Position numbers and translations under genes: made by a program
Source of the DNA: a virus
Lineage: Duplodnaviria > Caudoviricetes
Strand: one strand, 5' to 3'
IMG/VR virus record: IMGVR_UViG_3300050121_000180
Span: 1-55,469 of that record
Length of the DNA stretch: 55,469 bases
Shown: piece after piece, positions 35,999-45,800 of the stretch
Numbering within the stretch: position 1 is the stretch's first letter
Layout of the letters: each line of letters starts with the position of its first letter
The notes under the pieces: generated by a model
The model's database searches: none
What the model was told of the DNA's origin: nothing
Seen by the model: only the letters and a program-made list of their open reading frames with translations

Positions 35999-37569
35999 TA
36001 TTGAACAGCCCCTTTAAATCCACGGGTTAAATCAGCATTCATACGGCCTAAGCCAGCTTCGATTGACCTGCTTGTTGATTGCGAATCTGTGCCTGCAATA
36101 TTAAAATTGTTTTCTTGATGAATTGTCACAGTATTTCCTCCACCCGCTGCCGCGCCTAATTTTGTATTGTCAAGCCCTCCAAGCACATTGGCAACATAAT
36201 CTTGTGTTTCTTTAAATGGGGGCATTCCGTGGTATTTGTCCACATTACCTGTTCCGCCGTTGTAAGCTGCTAAAGCTAAACCAAGGCTACCGTGTTTCTT
36301 AACAAGTGCTGCCAAGTATGCAGCTGAATGGCTTGCGTCTTGGTTGTTTGTTGTATCCAGTTGATTCCAACCTGATAAACCAAAACCCGGGCTTGATGCA
36401 GTAGCAGGCATTACTTGAAATCTACCCTTTGCGCCTTTAGGTGAAATAGCATTAGGGTTACCTGTAGATTCTACTCGCATCATTGAACGCATTGTGCCTG
36501 ACGGAAACCCGTATTGTTTATCAATATCTTCAAGCGTATTGGACGCTGAAACCCTTGCTGGTGCTGGGCCAATACGAGCTGGAGCCGCGCCCCCGTTTTT
36601 CTTACGCCATTCCGCAGTAGCAGCATCACTGTGAAAATAAGGGTAAAGACTTTTCATCCAGTCAGTTGTTCTTTTACCGTAATCGATATGTCTACGGTAA
36701 TCAGGGTCTTGGTGTTTAGGCGTTACTGAATTTGGCCTAAATTTTCCATTTACAATAACTCCCCCATCTTTACCTATTGGAATTAGCTTATCACCTTTTT
36801 TAACAACGTCATCTTTGGTAGATAAAAATTTTGTTAAACTATCAAGACCTGTAGTTAATGCCCCGTTAAGCCATTGGAACGCAGGCTGTAAATCTTTCAT
36901 CATTACCGCGCCAAGAGTTTCAAATCTGTTTTCTAAGACACGAAGTTGGGTATTATATTCTACAGCCCGTTTACCTTCTTCTTCCCAGTCCAGGCCATAA
37001 GCCGCGTACATTGCTTTTAGATTTTTTTGAGCATCTCCAACTTTATCCAATGCGCCTGGTGTTGCAACAAGTAAATGATAAGTATCTGCATCCATACCAA
37101 ATAGTTGGTTTGCCCATTGTGCGCCCAACCATTCAGGTTGACGACTAAGAGCTTTCATTGTATCAATTGCAACATCACTAACGTCACGCCCTGTAACTTT
37201 AACGCCGAAGCTTTCAATAAGTTGTTGCATACCCGGATTCAAGCGGATTGCGGCTGCCATATTGTGGACAGCATCGCCAATTTGGTCACCCATAACACCC
37301 ACAGATTTACCTGCTTGCCCTAATGATTTCAGATTAGTTATTGAGCTGCCTGAAAGTTTAGATGCGTAGTACATCTTTTCCATTTGGCTTGAAAAGATGC
37401 CAATTGCCGCTTCAGCAGTAACAGCCATTCCCATTACTGCTGAACCCACACCAAGGGCTTTTTTACTTATTGCGCCTAGAGCACCGTCCATCTTTTTAAC
37501 GCCAATAGCATCGGTGACAAAACCAAGACGAACTAGATATTCCTGCAATATTTCAGCACTTCCACTCAA
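35998..37569 (-). CDS. Tape measure protein with C-terminal SLT lytic transglycosylase
   Basis: TTG start with AGGAG RBS; EYLVRLGF N-terminus; VESTGNPNAISPKGAKGRFQVMP...ALAAYNGG...ETQDYV. Confidence 0.9.
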   Translation of the reverse strand: MSGSAEILQEYLVRLGFVTDAIGVKKMDGALGAISKKALGVGSAVMGMAVTAEAAIGIFSSQMEKMYYASKLSGSSITNLKSLGQAGKSVGVMGDQIGDAVHNMAAAIRLNPGMQQLIESFGVKVTGRDVSDVAIDTMKALSRQPEWLGAQWANQLFGMDADTYHLLVATPGALDKVGDAQKNLKAMYAAYGLDWEEEGKRAVEYNTQLRVLENRFETLGAVMMKDLQPAFQWLNGALTTGLDSLTKFLSTKDDVVKKGDKLIPIGKDGGVIVNGKFRPNSVTPKHQDPDYRRHIDYGKRTTDWMKSLYPYFHSDAATAEWRKKNGGAAPARIGPAPARVSASNTLEDIDKQYGFPSGTMRSMMRVESTGNPNAISPKGAKGRFQVMPATASSPGFGLSGWNQLDTTNNQDASHSAAYLAALVKKHGSLGLALAAYNGGTGNVDKYHGMPPFKETQDYVANVLGGLDNTKLGAAAGGGNTVTIHQENNFNIAGTDSQSTSRSIEAGLGRMNADLTRGFKGAVQ

Positions 37570-37570
37570 T

Positions 37571-37732
37571 CTAGTTCTCCTTTTGTGAACGTCTTTGGTT
37601 TTCTTGTTCTACGTCTAAAGCTTCATTTAAACGCGCAATATCCAATAATCCTAAAGTACCGTCTAGCAGCGATTCATATTTACAAAGTTGACGAAGAACT
37701 GGCCGCATTAGCCAGTCTTCATTGTTTAGCAT
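37571..37732 (-). CDS. Second tail-assembly-chaperone segment (gpT-like), reached by a -1 frameshift
   Basis: Hand-translated MLNNEDWLMRPVLRQLCKYESLLDGTLGLLDIARLNEALDVEQENQRRSQKEN; in the -1 frame of the T7 run at 37789-37795. Confidence 0.8.
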   Translation of the reverse strand: MLNNEDWLMRPVLRQLCKYESLLDGTLGLLDIARLNEALDVEQENQRRSQKEN

Positions 37733-37743
37733 GCTGACGTAGA

Positions 37744-38151
37744 TTATGCCGGAGCTGTTTCCTTGCCCAAAATCGCGGGGCTTGTAGGAAAAAAACTAGC
37801 TATATCCTTCAAGATAACTTCCCATGTTAGTTTCAACATTGTAGGCATTGTAATATCATCAAACATTAAACCACCGGAACTTTGAACTTTTGCCCATCCG
37901 CCAGCTTGTTTACGAGTAACAGTAGCCAAACATTCATGCAAAATGTAATTTGTATCCGCGTCAGAAAGCGTTGAGATTAATCCCATTAAAGGATAGAACA
38001 AGTCTAAGAGCTGCCGTTCTTCTTTTGGCTTTTCTAGATACGCCAAAATTGTTGGAGCTAAAGGGCCTAAACGTCTAACAACGTGAAATTGGGTAAAAAC
38101 ATCCATTCTCCCAATTGCGTAAACTTGCCCTTCAATTTCAATCTCGTCCAT
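37744..38151 (-). CDS. Tail assembly chaperone (gpG-like)
   Basis: QFHVVRRLGP, LMFDDI, ends SFFP at the slippery site; between tube and TMP. Confidence 0.85.
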   Translation of the reverse strand: MDEIEIEGQVYAIGRMDVFTQFHVVRRLGPLAPTILAYLEKPKEERQLLDLFYPLMGLISTLSDADTNYILHECLATVTRKQAGGWAKVQSSGGLMFDDITMPTMLKLTWEVILKDIASFFPTSPAILGKETAPA

Positions 38152-38192
38152 GTTCAATCCTTAAAATAAGCTAAAAAATTAATTATAGCTTA

Positions 38193-38639
38193 TTAAAGCG
38201 AACCAAGTGCGCGGTCAATGATGCCCGCATCAAAAGTCCATTCATTTGTACCAGCTTCTTTAGCAAATGTTAGTGAAGGAACTTTCTCAAAAGCAACCAC
38301 TTGACAGGTAACAACGTCACCACTCAAGCTATTCGCCAGCGTTATTGTATTTTGCCCGTGGTTTGCACCCGCTGAAGTTTGGAATGCGTACATCTGTGAA
38401 AGACGTGCGTTAACGGGGGATGTTTTCAGTAAACGTACTGTAACTTTACCAGACTTGTTTGCATGAAGTGAGTGCATGGGCGTACCATCAGCACCAATTG
38501 TCATTGTATTGATGCCTTCAGTTGGTTCAATTGTAATACCTTCTTCCGCAGCTCCAGCACCCGCAGCCAGATTAATTGAACCGCCCGGCCCAACGATTGC
38601 AGCATGTGTGTCTAAAAACGAATATGTACTATGTGACAT
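38193..38639 (-). CDS. Tail tube protein (DUF3277-like)
   Basis: TYSFLD, AEEGITI, MTIGADG, LLKTSP.N, WTF. Confidence 0.9.
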   Translation of the reverse strand: MSHSTYSFLDTHAAIVGPGGSINLAAGAGAAEEGITIEPTEGINTMTIGADGTPMHSLHANKSGKVTVRLLKTSPVNARLSQMYAFQTSAGANHGQNTITLANSLSGDVVTCQVVAFEKVPSLTFAKEAGTNEWTFDAGIIDRALGSL

Positions 38640-38679
38640 AACTTACTCCTTAAATTTGTTTAAACAGATTTTAAATGTA

Positions 38680-40494
38680 TCATCTATTAACATTGATTTG
38701 AACATCAATCGTATGAATCGCTCCAGCAAGTTTAACAGCCACTTGAATTGGTGGGGATTTACGAGCAGCGCGGTCAGCTGGGTTTTGTAGAGCTACTGGA
38801 GCCACGTAAACATAGAAACCTTTAGGTAAAAAGTCACCTTGGGCTAAGTTACCAAAACCACCTGAGCTCCAAACACCCGGTGCAAGTAAACCATTAATTA
38901 CACCTTGTGAGCAAGCTGACTCAACGGTAGTTACAAGCAAATGAGTTCCAATATCTGTTTGAGGAATCTTTGTTGTGCTAGTGTAAAGTAAGTTATAAAG
39001 CAATGTTTGAATGTCTAATGCAAGCCAGTCCGTACCTGTAATGATGTCCACAAAATTACCTGAAGAACAAACGCCTTTTTCAATGATTGCCGTATTGTTA
39101 TTGTATGCTACAAACACGTTCGCATTTTTTGCTTCTAATGCTGCAATTTGAGTCGCATTTAATGTTTCAGCAACGATACCGGGTTCTTGTTTATACATCA
39201 AAGTGATTACAGTATTGTTACCGTTATAATCTGTTGTCAAGATGCGAGCAAGAAGTGAGCAAACTGAATAAAGGTTAGAACTTGAATACTGAACAACGGT
39301 TCTGTTGTAAAGTAGTTGTGATAACAAATATGCAATATCCGTCACGCTAACAGACGAAAGGACACCCGCCGCAGTTGTAGAAACACCATAAAGATGCTTA
39401 TTAGTAGCAGCTTCAATGTAAGGTGCAATTGCTAAATGGTCGGAATCAGCCGCACCTGTAACAGTTAAACCATACCAGTTTTGGCCAAAGTTTTGGTCGA
39501 ATATTGTAACAGCTTGAACCGCAGTTTCCGCAGCGATACCGTTTGCAACATACGCGCCGGAGTTTGTAACTGAATTACCAAACAAACCATAAAGGTTTGT
39601 ACCTGTTCCGCCAGCTAACGTTGCTCCTGAAAGTGTGATTGCAGTTGACACTTTTGCAAGTGTGTAAGCATTGCCCGCTGTTCCTGTAAGAACGGAAACA
39701 ACATACAATGTTGAGCCTACTACACTGTAAGTCATTTTGACTAATTGTACGTCCACTGAAGCAGACAAGAAAGACAAAAGGCTTGCAAGGGTGATTGCTA
39801 AAGTTCCGCCAATTTGTACTTGGTTACCAACCGGAGTTGTTGAAACAAATGTTATTACAGTTCCGTTGATAGTTAAAGTATCCGCAGCAGTAGGGTTCGC
39901 ACTGAATACAGCATTGCCCAAAGCAGTTGGAGCATTGAAGAATGAAACGCTAGAAGTTGCGCCTGTTGTGCCTGAAGTTACTTCAAATCGTGAAAAAACA
40001 GCATTCCAAACTACAGTTGAACCTGTTGAGAGAGCTGCAATTGCAGTTTGAAGGATTTGGGCAACTCCATTTAAGTTTGTTGCCGCAGCAAAGTTTAAAC
40101 CTGTTACAGCTAAAGGAATGCTGTCAACTGTAACTTGAACAGTTCCGCTTGTAATTGCAGTAAACAAGGATAAAGCTTGTTGGGCTGCTGACAATGTTGC
40201 GCCTATTAATTGGCCACCAACGGCTGTTTTAGCCCAACGACCAATTGAAAGGCTTGTTGGTTGAGGGCTTTGTTCAAACCACAATACCGCAGCTAAGTAT
40301 TCAGGGGAAGTTGTACCAAAATCCAAAGCTACTTGGGCGATACTTTGATAATTACGAATACGAGAAACAACATCAATGACGCTAGACGAACCTAGGATTA
40401 GCAATGTTGAAATGTTTTGAAATTGCGCTGGATTAGGCGACAGATTAACTGACGTTGAAATCAAGCGGCTAATTGAAAGTGCGTTACCAGCCAT
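38680..40494 (-). CDS. Contractile tail sheath (DUF3383-like)
   Basis: DFGTTSPEYLAA..WF.Q.P.P, YKQEPG, KIPQTD.G, R.ARKSPPI, AGAIH. Confidence 0.92.
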   Translation of the reverse strand: MAGNALSISRLISTSVNLSPNPAQFQNISTLLILGSSSVIDVVSRIRNYQSIAQVALDFGTTSPEYLAAVLWFEQSPQPTSLSIGRWAKTAVGGQLIGATLSAAQQALSLFTAITSGTVQVTVDSIPLAVTGLNFAAATNLNGVAQILQTAIAALSTGSTVVWNAVFSRFEVTSGTTGATSSVSFFNAPTALGNAVFSANPTAADTLTINGTVITFVSTTPVGNQVQIGGTLAITLASLLSFLSASVDVQLVKMTYSVVGSTLYVVSVLTGTAGNAYTLAKVSTAITLSGATLAGGTGTNLYGLFGNSVTNSGAYVANGIAAETAVQAVTIFDQNFGQNWYGLTVTGAADSDHLAIAPYIEAATNKHLYGVSTTAAGVLSSVSVTDIAYLLSQLLYNRTVVQYSSSNLYSVCSLLARILTTDYNGNNTVITLMYKQEPGIVAETLNATQIAALEAKNANVFVAYNNNTAIIEKGVCSSGNFVDIITGTDWLALDIQTLLYNLLYTSTTKIPQTDIGTHLLVTTVESACSQGVINGLLAPGVWSSGGFGNLAQGDFLPKGFYVYVAPVALQNPADRAARKSPPIQVAVKLAGAIHTIDVQINVNR

Positions 40495-40505
40495 TATAGT
40501 TCTCC

Positions 40506-41087
40506 TTATGGAACATTGATTGTTTCTATATAATGCTCATTATTAAGCAGCGTTTGAGCAGACGTAATTGACAACACATTGTAATCTCTAATAATTTGTC
40601 GTCTAATAATAAAGCTTAAATCAAATCTTTTTAACCAACGCTCTTTTATTAATTCAGGCATTGGAGTAATATTACCTGCGGAAACTAAACCCATTGCGTT
40701 TACGCTTAAAATTTCTCTATTTTGCGAAGCTTGCATATTGTCACTAAGTAAGGACGCATAACTTGCTGAGTTTGGGCCGTAAAAAGAAACCATACAAGTC
40801 ACTTCTTCGTTCAAACGTACTTCATTATACCCGTTCCCAGTTGCGAAGTGTAGCTCCGCTGCAAAAGTTTCTTTATCATACAAAGTTATCCCAAAGGCGC
40901 ACCAATCCACTCCAAATGCTGGAATGTTTGCTGGAGCAGGTTGCCAACGAGGGCGCACCATTGTTGGGTCAATTCCGCAAAGGCTAACAACCCAAGCTTG
41001 CAGAAAGTCATCAAGCGCATCGCCCTGAATTAAACCCGGACTTGAGGTTGGTAGAAGTGCTCCGCCAGTTGCTGAAGAGTTTGGCAT
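40506..41087 (-). CDS. Tail completion / neck protein
   Basis: NSSATGG, VRPRWQ, FYGP, W..R.D. Confidence 0.75.
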   Translation of the reverse strand: MPNSSATGGALLPTSSPGLIQGDALDDFLQAWVVSLCGIDPTMVRPRWQPAPANIPAFGVDWCAFGITLYDKETFAAELHFATGNGYNEVRLNEEVTCMVSFYGPNSASYASLLSDNMQASQNREILSVNAMGLVSAGNITPMPELIKERWLKRFDLSFIIRRQIIRDYNVLSITSAQTLLNNEHYIETINVP

Positions 41088-41464
41088 TAAATAGCTACAT
41101 CCATTAAATCAATTGAAGCTGCAATAGCTTGATAAAAACCTTGCCCATATTGTGGATAAGGGTCTAATGCTTTTACAACATAATTATCACCGCGCCAAAT
41201 AATAATATCAGGCTGGGCTCCATTTACTGCACTTTGCAATCTTGTCTTTGTAACAATGCTCAAAACTCGTTCAAGCATTTGCAATTCAGGATAACGTTTT
41301 AAATCAGCTCCGTTTGCCATTGTAACAACTCCAAAAGATGCAGTTGTTGTTGGTGTAGTTGTAGAACGCCCGTGAATGTCCACAGTTTCAACATTTCGCT
41401 GAATAGAATAGTTATCCGTAAATTCAGGCGATAATAAAACATCAGAAACGTCAAGGGTTGCCAT
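41087..41464 (-). CDS. Head closure protein
   Basis: LDVSDVL..P.F, PDIIIWRG..Y.V. Confidence 0.75.
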   Translation of the reverse strand: MATLDVSDVLLSPEFTDNYSIQRNVETVDIHGRSTTTPTTTASFGVVTMANGADLKRYPELQMLERVLSIVTKTRLQSAVNGAQPDIIIWRGDNYVVKALDPYPQYGQGFYQAIAASIDLMDVAI

Positions 41465-41683
41465 TTAAGTCTTCGTCATTCGTGTTGCTGAAAATGTTTC
41501 TTTAAAAACAAATCCGTTTAAATTAACTTGACAGCTATAACCATTTGGCGTTTTGCGTAAAACTTTACCTTCATATGTCATATTAGGATATGCTTGAGGT
41601 TTAATTAAAACTTTGTCGCCGGGTTGAAATACATCGCCTTCAGCATCCTTAACTTTATTATGTATATGAATATGAATACTCAT
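41465..41683 (-). CDS. Small SH3/KOW-like protein with N-terminal IHIHIHN..VKD motif
   Basis: MSIHIHIHNKVKDAEGDVFQPGDKVLI...EGKV; GGGAGA RBS. Confidence 0.7.
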   Translation of the reverse strand: MSIHIHIHNKVKDAEGDVFQPGDKVLIKPQAYPNMTYEGKVLRKTPNGYSCQVNLNGFVFKETFSATRMTKT

Positions 41684-42246
41684 TATTTATCTTCCCTTAT
41701 AACGTATCTAATTGAATTTCGTAAAGCGCCCGTATCAACCAAAGTCTTAGCTAAATCTCCGCCTTCATTTGGTTCCATTCCAGCAGCACGATTGGCCAAT
41801 TCTTGCATTGCGCCTTTACGTCCACGTCTTGCGCGAGCTTTTAAAGTAGCTTCGGAAAGTGCGGGCTGTATGTTGCTGTTAATAGCATTCTTAATATAGT
41901 TTTCTGCTACTTGCCCCGCAAGCCCCAAGCCTCGTTCAATTTCAGCGGAATCGTTGCTTTTGAGCATACGCTTCGCAGCATTCTCTAATTGTTTAGTTGC
42001 GGGCTCTTTTGCCCCGTCCATTCCAATAGTCATAAAAGGACGGGCAGGGATATTTTGAGCGGGTGACCCATTTTGCATCAAATACGCAATCGTTGCATTA
42101 TTGATTGGGCCAACATTACTCATATCTTCACGGATGTTTGTTGTTTCACTTGGAACACCCACAAAGACTGCACGAGCAGTCATTTTCGCCAAGTTTGCTT
42201 TAAGCTTTGGCAAATTATCTACAGTCTTTTTGACTCCGCTAACCAT
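41683..42246 (-). CDS. Neck / tail-completion protein
   Basis: VFVGVP, IPARPF, PALSEATLKAR, LVDTGALRNSI; start placed at MVSG. Confidence 0.8.
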   Translation of the reverse strand: MVSGVKKTVDNLPKLKANLAKMTARAVFVGVPSETTNIREDMSNVGPINNATIAYLMQNGSPAQNIPARPFMTIGMDGAKEPATKQLENAAKRMLKSNDSAEIERGLGLAGQVAENYIKNAINSNIQPALSEATLKARARRGRKGAMQELANRAAGMEPNEGGDLAKTLVDTGALRNSIRYVIREDK

Positions 42247-42247
42247 A

Positions 42248-42697
42248 TTAATTATTGTAAGGCATGACAACACCAGGCCAAGCAGAATCAAAAGGGGATG
42301 CGCCAATACCTACTTGAAGTGGTCCAGCGCCAAACATTTTCATAAGGCGGAAATAGCGTTGCCCGTAAATAGTTAAATTCCATTGCCCCGCATCTTTTTC
42401 AGCAGCGGAGTTCGTGTCGTAACTTATAGACACTTTATCAACGGATTTAGAAGAAACAATTCCAGAACTTAAACCCGGCGGAGCGCCGTTTGCAGCACTT
42501 GCTTTCGCTTGCTGCTCTAAGACCAAATTGTGGGCAATGAATAGGGAAGTTCCCAAATCCAGCATTGACTTCCAACGGTTTGCATTTAGAAGTAATCCTG
42601 CATAAGTAAGCCAAAACTGAACGTCTGCATCAGGATAGATAGTTGCACTTGTAAATTCAGTAAAGCTTGTTCTAAAAGTTGCCACTGTAACAGTCAT
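42248..42697 (-). CDS. Head-tail adaptor (DUF4054-like)
   Basis: FR..F.EF, AHNL, SKSVDKVSISYD, WNLT.YG. Confidence 0.88.
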   Translation of the reverse strand: MTVTVATFRTSFTEFTSATIYPDADVQFWLTYAGLLLNANRWKSMLDLGTSLFIAHNLVLEQQAKASAANGAPPGLSSGIVSSKSVDKVSISYDTNSAAEKDAGQWNLTIYGQRYFRLMKMFGAGPLQVGIGASPFDSAWPGVVMPYNN

Positions 42698-42739
42698 AAC
42701 AAGCCTTTCCAGATTTTAAGAGGGTTTAACGATACAAAT

Positions 42740-43207
42740 TTAAACTGAAGGAATGTAAGGTTTTACACCATTTGCTTTTGAATACCAATGGTCCGCTTCG
42801 TCAGGTTCCATTTCAGTAATCCCTGCTTTGAAATGTTTAGTTTGCTCGTGTGAAATTGTCAAATCAAAAGCTTGCGGAATAACAACCGTAACAGTTGATT
42901 TATTGGTTTGTTCAACTGGGGCAGCTTCAGGAGTTTCTTCTGGAGTTTCGTCAACTTTAGGAATGTCCACAATTGAGGCAGCATCTACTTCAGCAGTTTT
43001 TTCAACGGCTTCTACTTCAGCAGTAGGCGCAATAAATTCGTCAGTTATAGCAGGAGTTTCAGCAGGTGCTTCTTGCACTAAAGGAGCTTCCGTTTCTGCG
43101 TTTGCAGTAGGAGTTTCCCAAGGTTGTTGAATTGCAGCAGCGGGCACTTCTGGCGCTGGTGCGGGTACAGGTGGAACAATTGCTTCAGGAGTTTCTTTAT
43201 TAGCCAT
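42740..43207 (-). CDS. Acidic Pro/Ala/Glu-rich virion-associated protein
   Basis: AGGAG RBS before MANKET; C-terminal F.AG..EM....ADHWY..ANGV. Confidence 0.7.
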   Translation of the reverse strand: MANKETPEAIVPPVPAPAPEVPAAAIQQPWETPTANAETEAPLVQEAPAETPAITDEFIAPTAEVEAVEKTAEVDAASIVDIPKVDETPEETPEAAPVEQTNKSTVTVVIPQAFDLTISHEQTKHFKAGITEMEPDEADHWYSKANGVKPYIPSV

Positions 43208-43235
43208 GTTAGGCTCCTTAAATAAGATAAATTTA

Positions 43236-43267
43236 AAACATAGCCCCAAATTAACGGGGCTATGTTT
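43236..43267 (-). terminator. Terminator after the major capsid gene
   Basis: AAACATAGCCCC / GGGGCTATGTTT inverted repeat. Confidence 0.75.
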
Positions 43268-43278
43268 AGTTGCCTAAA

Positions 43279-44388
43279 TTATAGGCCGTCAAAGTAGCCT
43301 ATGCACTCGGCGTATACAACTTCAGTCACACCTAAACGGCAGAAGTATGTAGTTTTATGATAAATACTATCATATTGGATTGGGGTGCGTTGTAACAATG
43401 TCATTGGGTAACGAACACGTTGGCGGTCCTTAACATAAATTACAGCACGGTCAATACCAACGGTTCCAATTGTACCACCTACACCAGCCCCGATGCACCA
43501 TTTTAGTGGAAGGATAGTTAAATCACCTTGGCCTGAAGCTTTAAGAATGTTGTTATCCAAAATATATTTAAGGATAGAAACTTGGGCAGCAGTACCAATC
43601 TTTTGAGTGCTGATATAACCAAATTGAGCTGGAGGTAACAACAAACGGTTTGGCATTACAGCCCAACCAGTGCGAGCCCAAGTTGTTGTAATCATAGCGT
43701 TAACGTCTGCTAAGATTTCGTCAGGTGTCTTTTTAGTCCAAGCTGAGAAGCCTGAAACACCATTTGGGAAGTTTGCAGCAGTTACGCCAGCATTGTTAAT
43801 CAAACCTTTTACACCACTTGAAACGTCACCGATGTAAACTTGTTCATCGATATCCATTTGGTGTTTGAGTTGCAATGCTTCAAATTTCTGAGCATCTACA
43901 GGACGGCCTAATTTAGCAGCTGATTCAAGCTCTAAAATAGTATATTTCAGTTCCAAGCCCCATGGTGTTAATGGATTTGGGATTTTACCAATGTCCACAG
44001 ATACGCCTGCGATTTGGTCTGAGTTTTTACCAATCCATGCTTTACCGTTACCAATACCGTTGCCAGTACCTAGTGAACCGCTTGAAGCAAAGTTGCTTAA
44101 TGTGAAGCTTGACACTTCATCCGCAATCGTTACGTCTTCACGTAAATCGATATCGCGGCCATAAGTTACAGCAGCAAGAGGAGCATGTAAAGTAAGGTCT
44201 AAGCGTTCAAGCTCGCCTACTAAGAATGCACCAGTTGAGTCGACTGTACGACCATCATAAGTTTTAACTGCATAACCCAACGATTTGCCTGCTTGATTAC
44301 CAGCTGCATCCAATGTGCGAAAGCCTGAATCAAATGTTTGCATGTCACGGGTCTTCATGCGTACTGGAAGAATTAAATTACTTTTCAT
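43279..44388 (-). CDS. Major capsid protein (DUF2184-like, HK97 fold)
   Basis: GAFLVGELERLD, YTILELE.A..GRP.D, DEQVYIGD, TPDEILAD.N, YFDGL. Confidence 0.93.
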   Translation of the reverse strand: MKSNLILPVRMKTRDMQTFDSGFRTLDAAGNQAGKSLGYAVKTYDGRTVDSTGAFLVGELERLDLTLHAPLAAVTYGRDIDLREDVTIADEVSSFTLSNFASSGSLGTGNGIGNGKAWIGKNSDQIAGVSVDIGKIPNPLTPWGLELKYTILELESAAKLGRPVDAQKFEALQLKHQMDIDEQVYIGDVSSGVKGLINNAGVTAANFPNGVSGFSAWTKKTPDEILADVNAMITTTWARTGWAVMPNRLLLPPAQFGYISTQKIGTAAQVSILKYILDNNILKASGQGDLTILPLKWCIGAGVGGTIGTVGIDRAVIYVKDRQRVRYPMTLLQRTPIQYDSIYHKTTYFCRLGVTEVVYAECIGYFDGL

Positions 44389-44421
44389 TTTGGTTTCCTT
44401 TTCTTTTTTTCAGTTAAGCGA

Positions 44422-44979
44422 TTAGATGTTGAAAGCTAATTCAACAACACCGCTCGCATCTGCCGTGCCGTTAAAAGTGTATAACGATGTGTCAAGAGCG
44501 ATTGTGCTGCCGCCTGTTGCTGTATCTTCAAAAGCACCTTGAACATGGTTACCACTTGAAGCCGCAATCCACACAAATACTGCTGAACCTTTTTTAGCAT
44601 TAGGCCAAGCATTGTTTCCAAGCTGAACCATAATGTAACCTGAACGCAATACGTCCATAACACCTGAAACAGGTGGAACAGCTGAACCCAAAGCCGCAGC
44701 GCCGTAGTTAGTGCCTGAGCTTTGTTGTGTTGGGAATGCGCGAACAGTTACACCGTAAACTTTAGTTAATGCTGAATCACCTGCAACTAAAGGGCGAACG
44801 CCTTGAGTTGTTGGGTCAACAACTACAGCTTCACCAAATAACAAAGGTGGAGCAGATGCGTCAATCAATACTGGTTCAATTGAAGCTGGGTGAGTACGAT
44901 TCACATCACCTGTAAAGCCAGCACCCATTCGAAATGTAAAAGCCACATCGCGGGTTTTCATACGTGTTGTTAATTTCAT
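44422..44979 (-). CDS. Head decoration / cement protein
   Basis: Beta-rich; RMGAGFTGDV, VLRSGYIMV, ELAFNI; upstream of MCP. Confidence 0.8.
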   Translation of the reverse strand: MKLTTRMKTRDVAFTFRMGAGFTGDVNRTHPASIEPVLIDASAPPLLFGEAVVVDPTTQGVRPLVAGDSALTKVYGVTVRAFPTQQSSGTNYGAAALGSAVPPVSGVMDVLRSGYIMVQLGNNAWPNAKKGSAVFVWIAASSGNHVQGAFEDTATGGSTIALDTSLYTFNGTADASGVVELAFNI

Positions 44980-45020
44980 TTGAAGCTCCTTAAAATTTAA
45001 AGTTTTGGTTAAGTCAATAA

Positions 45021-45800
45021 TTAATGCTGTTTAGCGTAATACTCAGCATTAGCTTTGTTTAGTTCAGCGATTGACTTAACGCCGCGAGTTTGTGTTTTTT
45101 CCATATCACTGACAGAAAAACTGCCGTTGTTATTTGCTGCTTTTTTCAATGCGCCTACTGAACGGAATAATGTGCGAACTGCATCACAGGTCATGTTCTT
45201 TGTGTCCAAAGTTTTACCAGCAAGCAAGTCGTCAATCATTCCGCGAGTTGCAGCTTGAGCATAAGCTAGGTCTAAAGATGTACTGCGAAGATTACAAATT
45301 GCCTTCAACGAGTGAGCTGGTTTCATTGCGCGGTCAAATGTTGGAACACGGATGCCCGGCGCAATAATTTCAGCCATTGAAACTGTTTCTTGAAAGCTAT
45401 CTTCTAAGAACGCTGAGTCTTTAGCTTTACGCACTGAATCTTTTGTAACATTGGCTGGAGCTTCTTCTTCAAGCTCGTCCATAACTTTTTCTTCTTCAGC
45501 TTCGCCTTCGGCATCACCTGTCCGAGCAGCTTCCAAAGCATCCAAACGGGCTTCAATTGCAGCAAAGCGAGCGTCATAATCGTCATCGTTAGTTGGGTCA
45601 ACAAGTGGGTCTTCATCTAGCGCAGCAGCCGGAGCAGCAACTTCGCCGTTATGAATGTGAATATGTGTATCGCCTTCACCCGAACCTTCAACTTCAGCAT
45701 CCGCAACTTCTTTTGCAATCTCTTCAACTTCTTGCGAGTCTTTGGCTTTAAAAGCTCGCATTAAAGCATCTACAAGTTTATTCGTTTGTTTCTTAGCCAT
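45021..45800 (-). CDS. Nested in-frame scaffold protein
   Basis: AAGGAG RBS (45807-45812) 6 nt before MAKKQTNK, right after the protease domain. Confidence 0.65.
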   Translation of the reverse strand: MAKKQTNKLVDALMRAFKAKDSQEVEEIAKEVADAEVEGSGEGDTHIHIHNGEVAAPAAALDEDPLVDPTNDDDYDARFAAIEARLDALEAARTGDAEGEAEEEKVMDELEEEAPANVTKDSVRKAKDSAFLEDSFQETVSMAEIIAPGIRVPTFDRAMKPAHSLKAICNLRSTSLDLAYAQAATRGMIDDLLAGKTLDTKNMTCDAVRTLFRSVGALKKAANNNGSFSVSDMEKTQTRGVKSIAELNKANAEYYAKQH

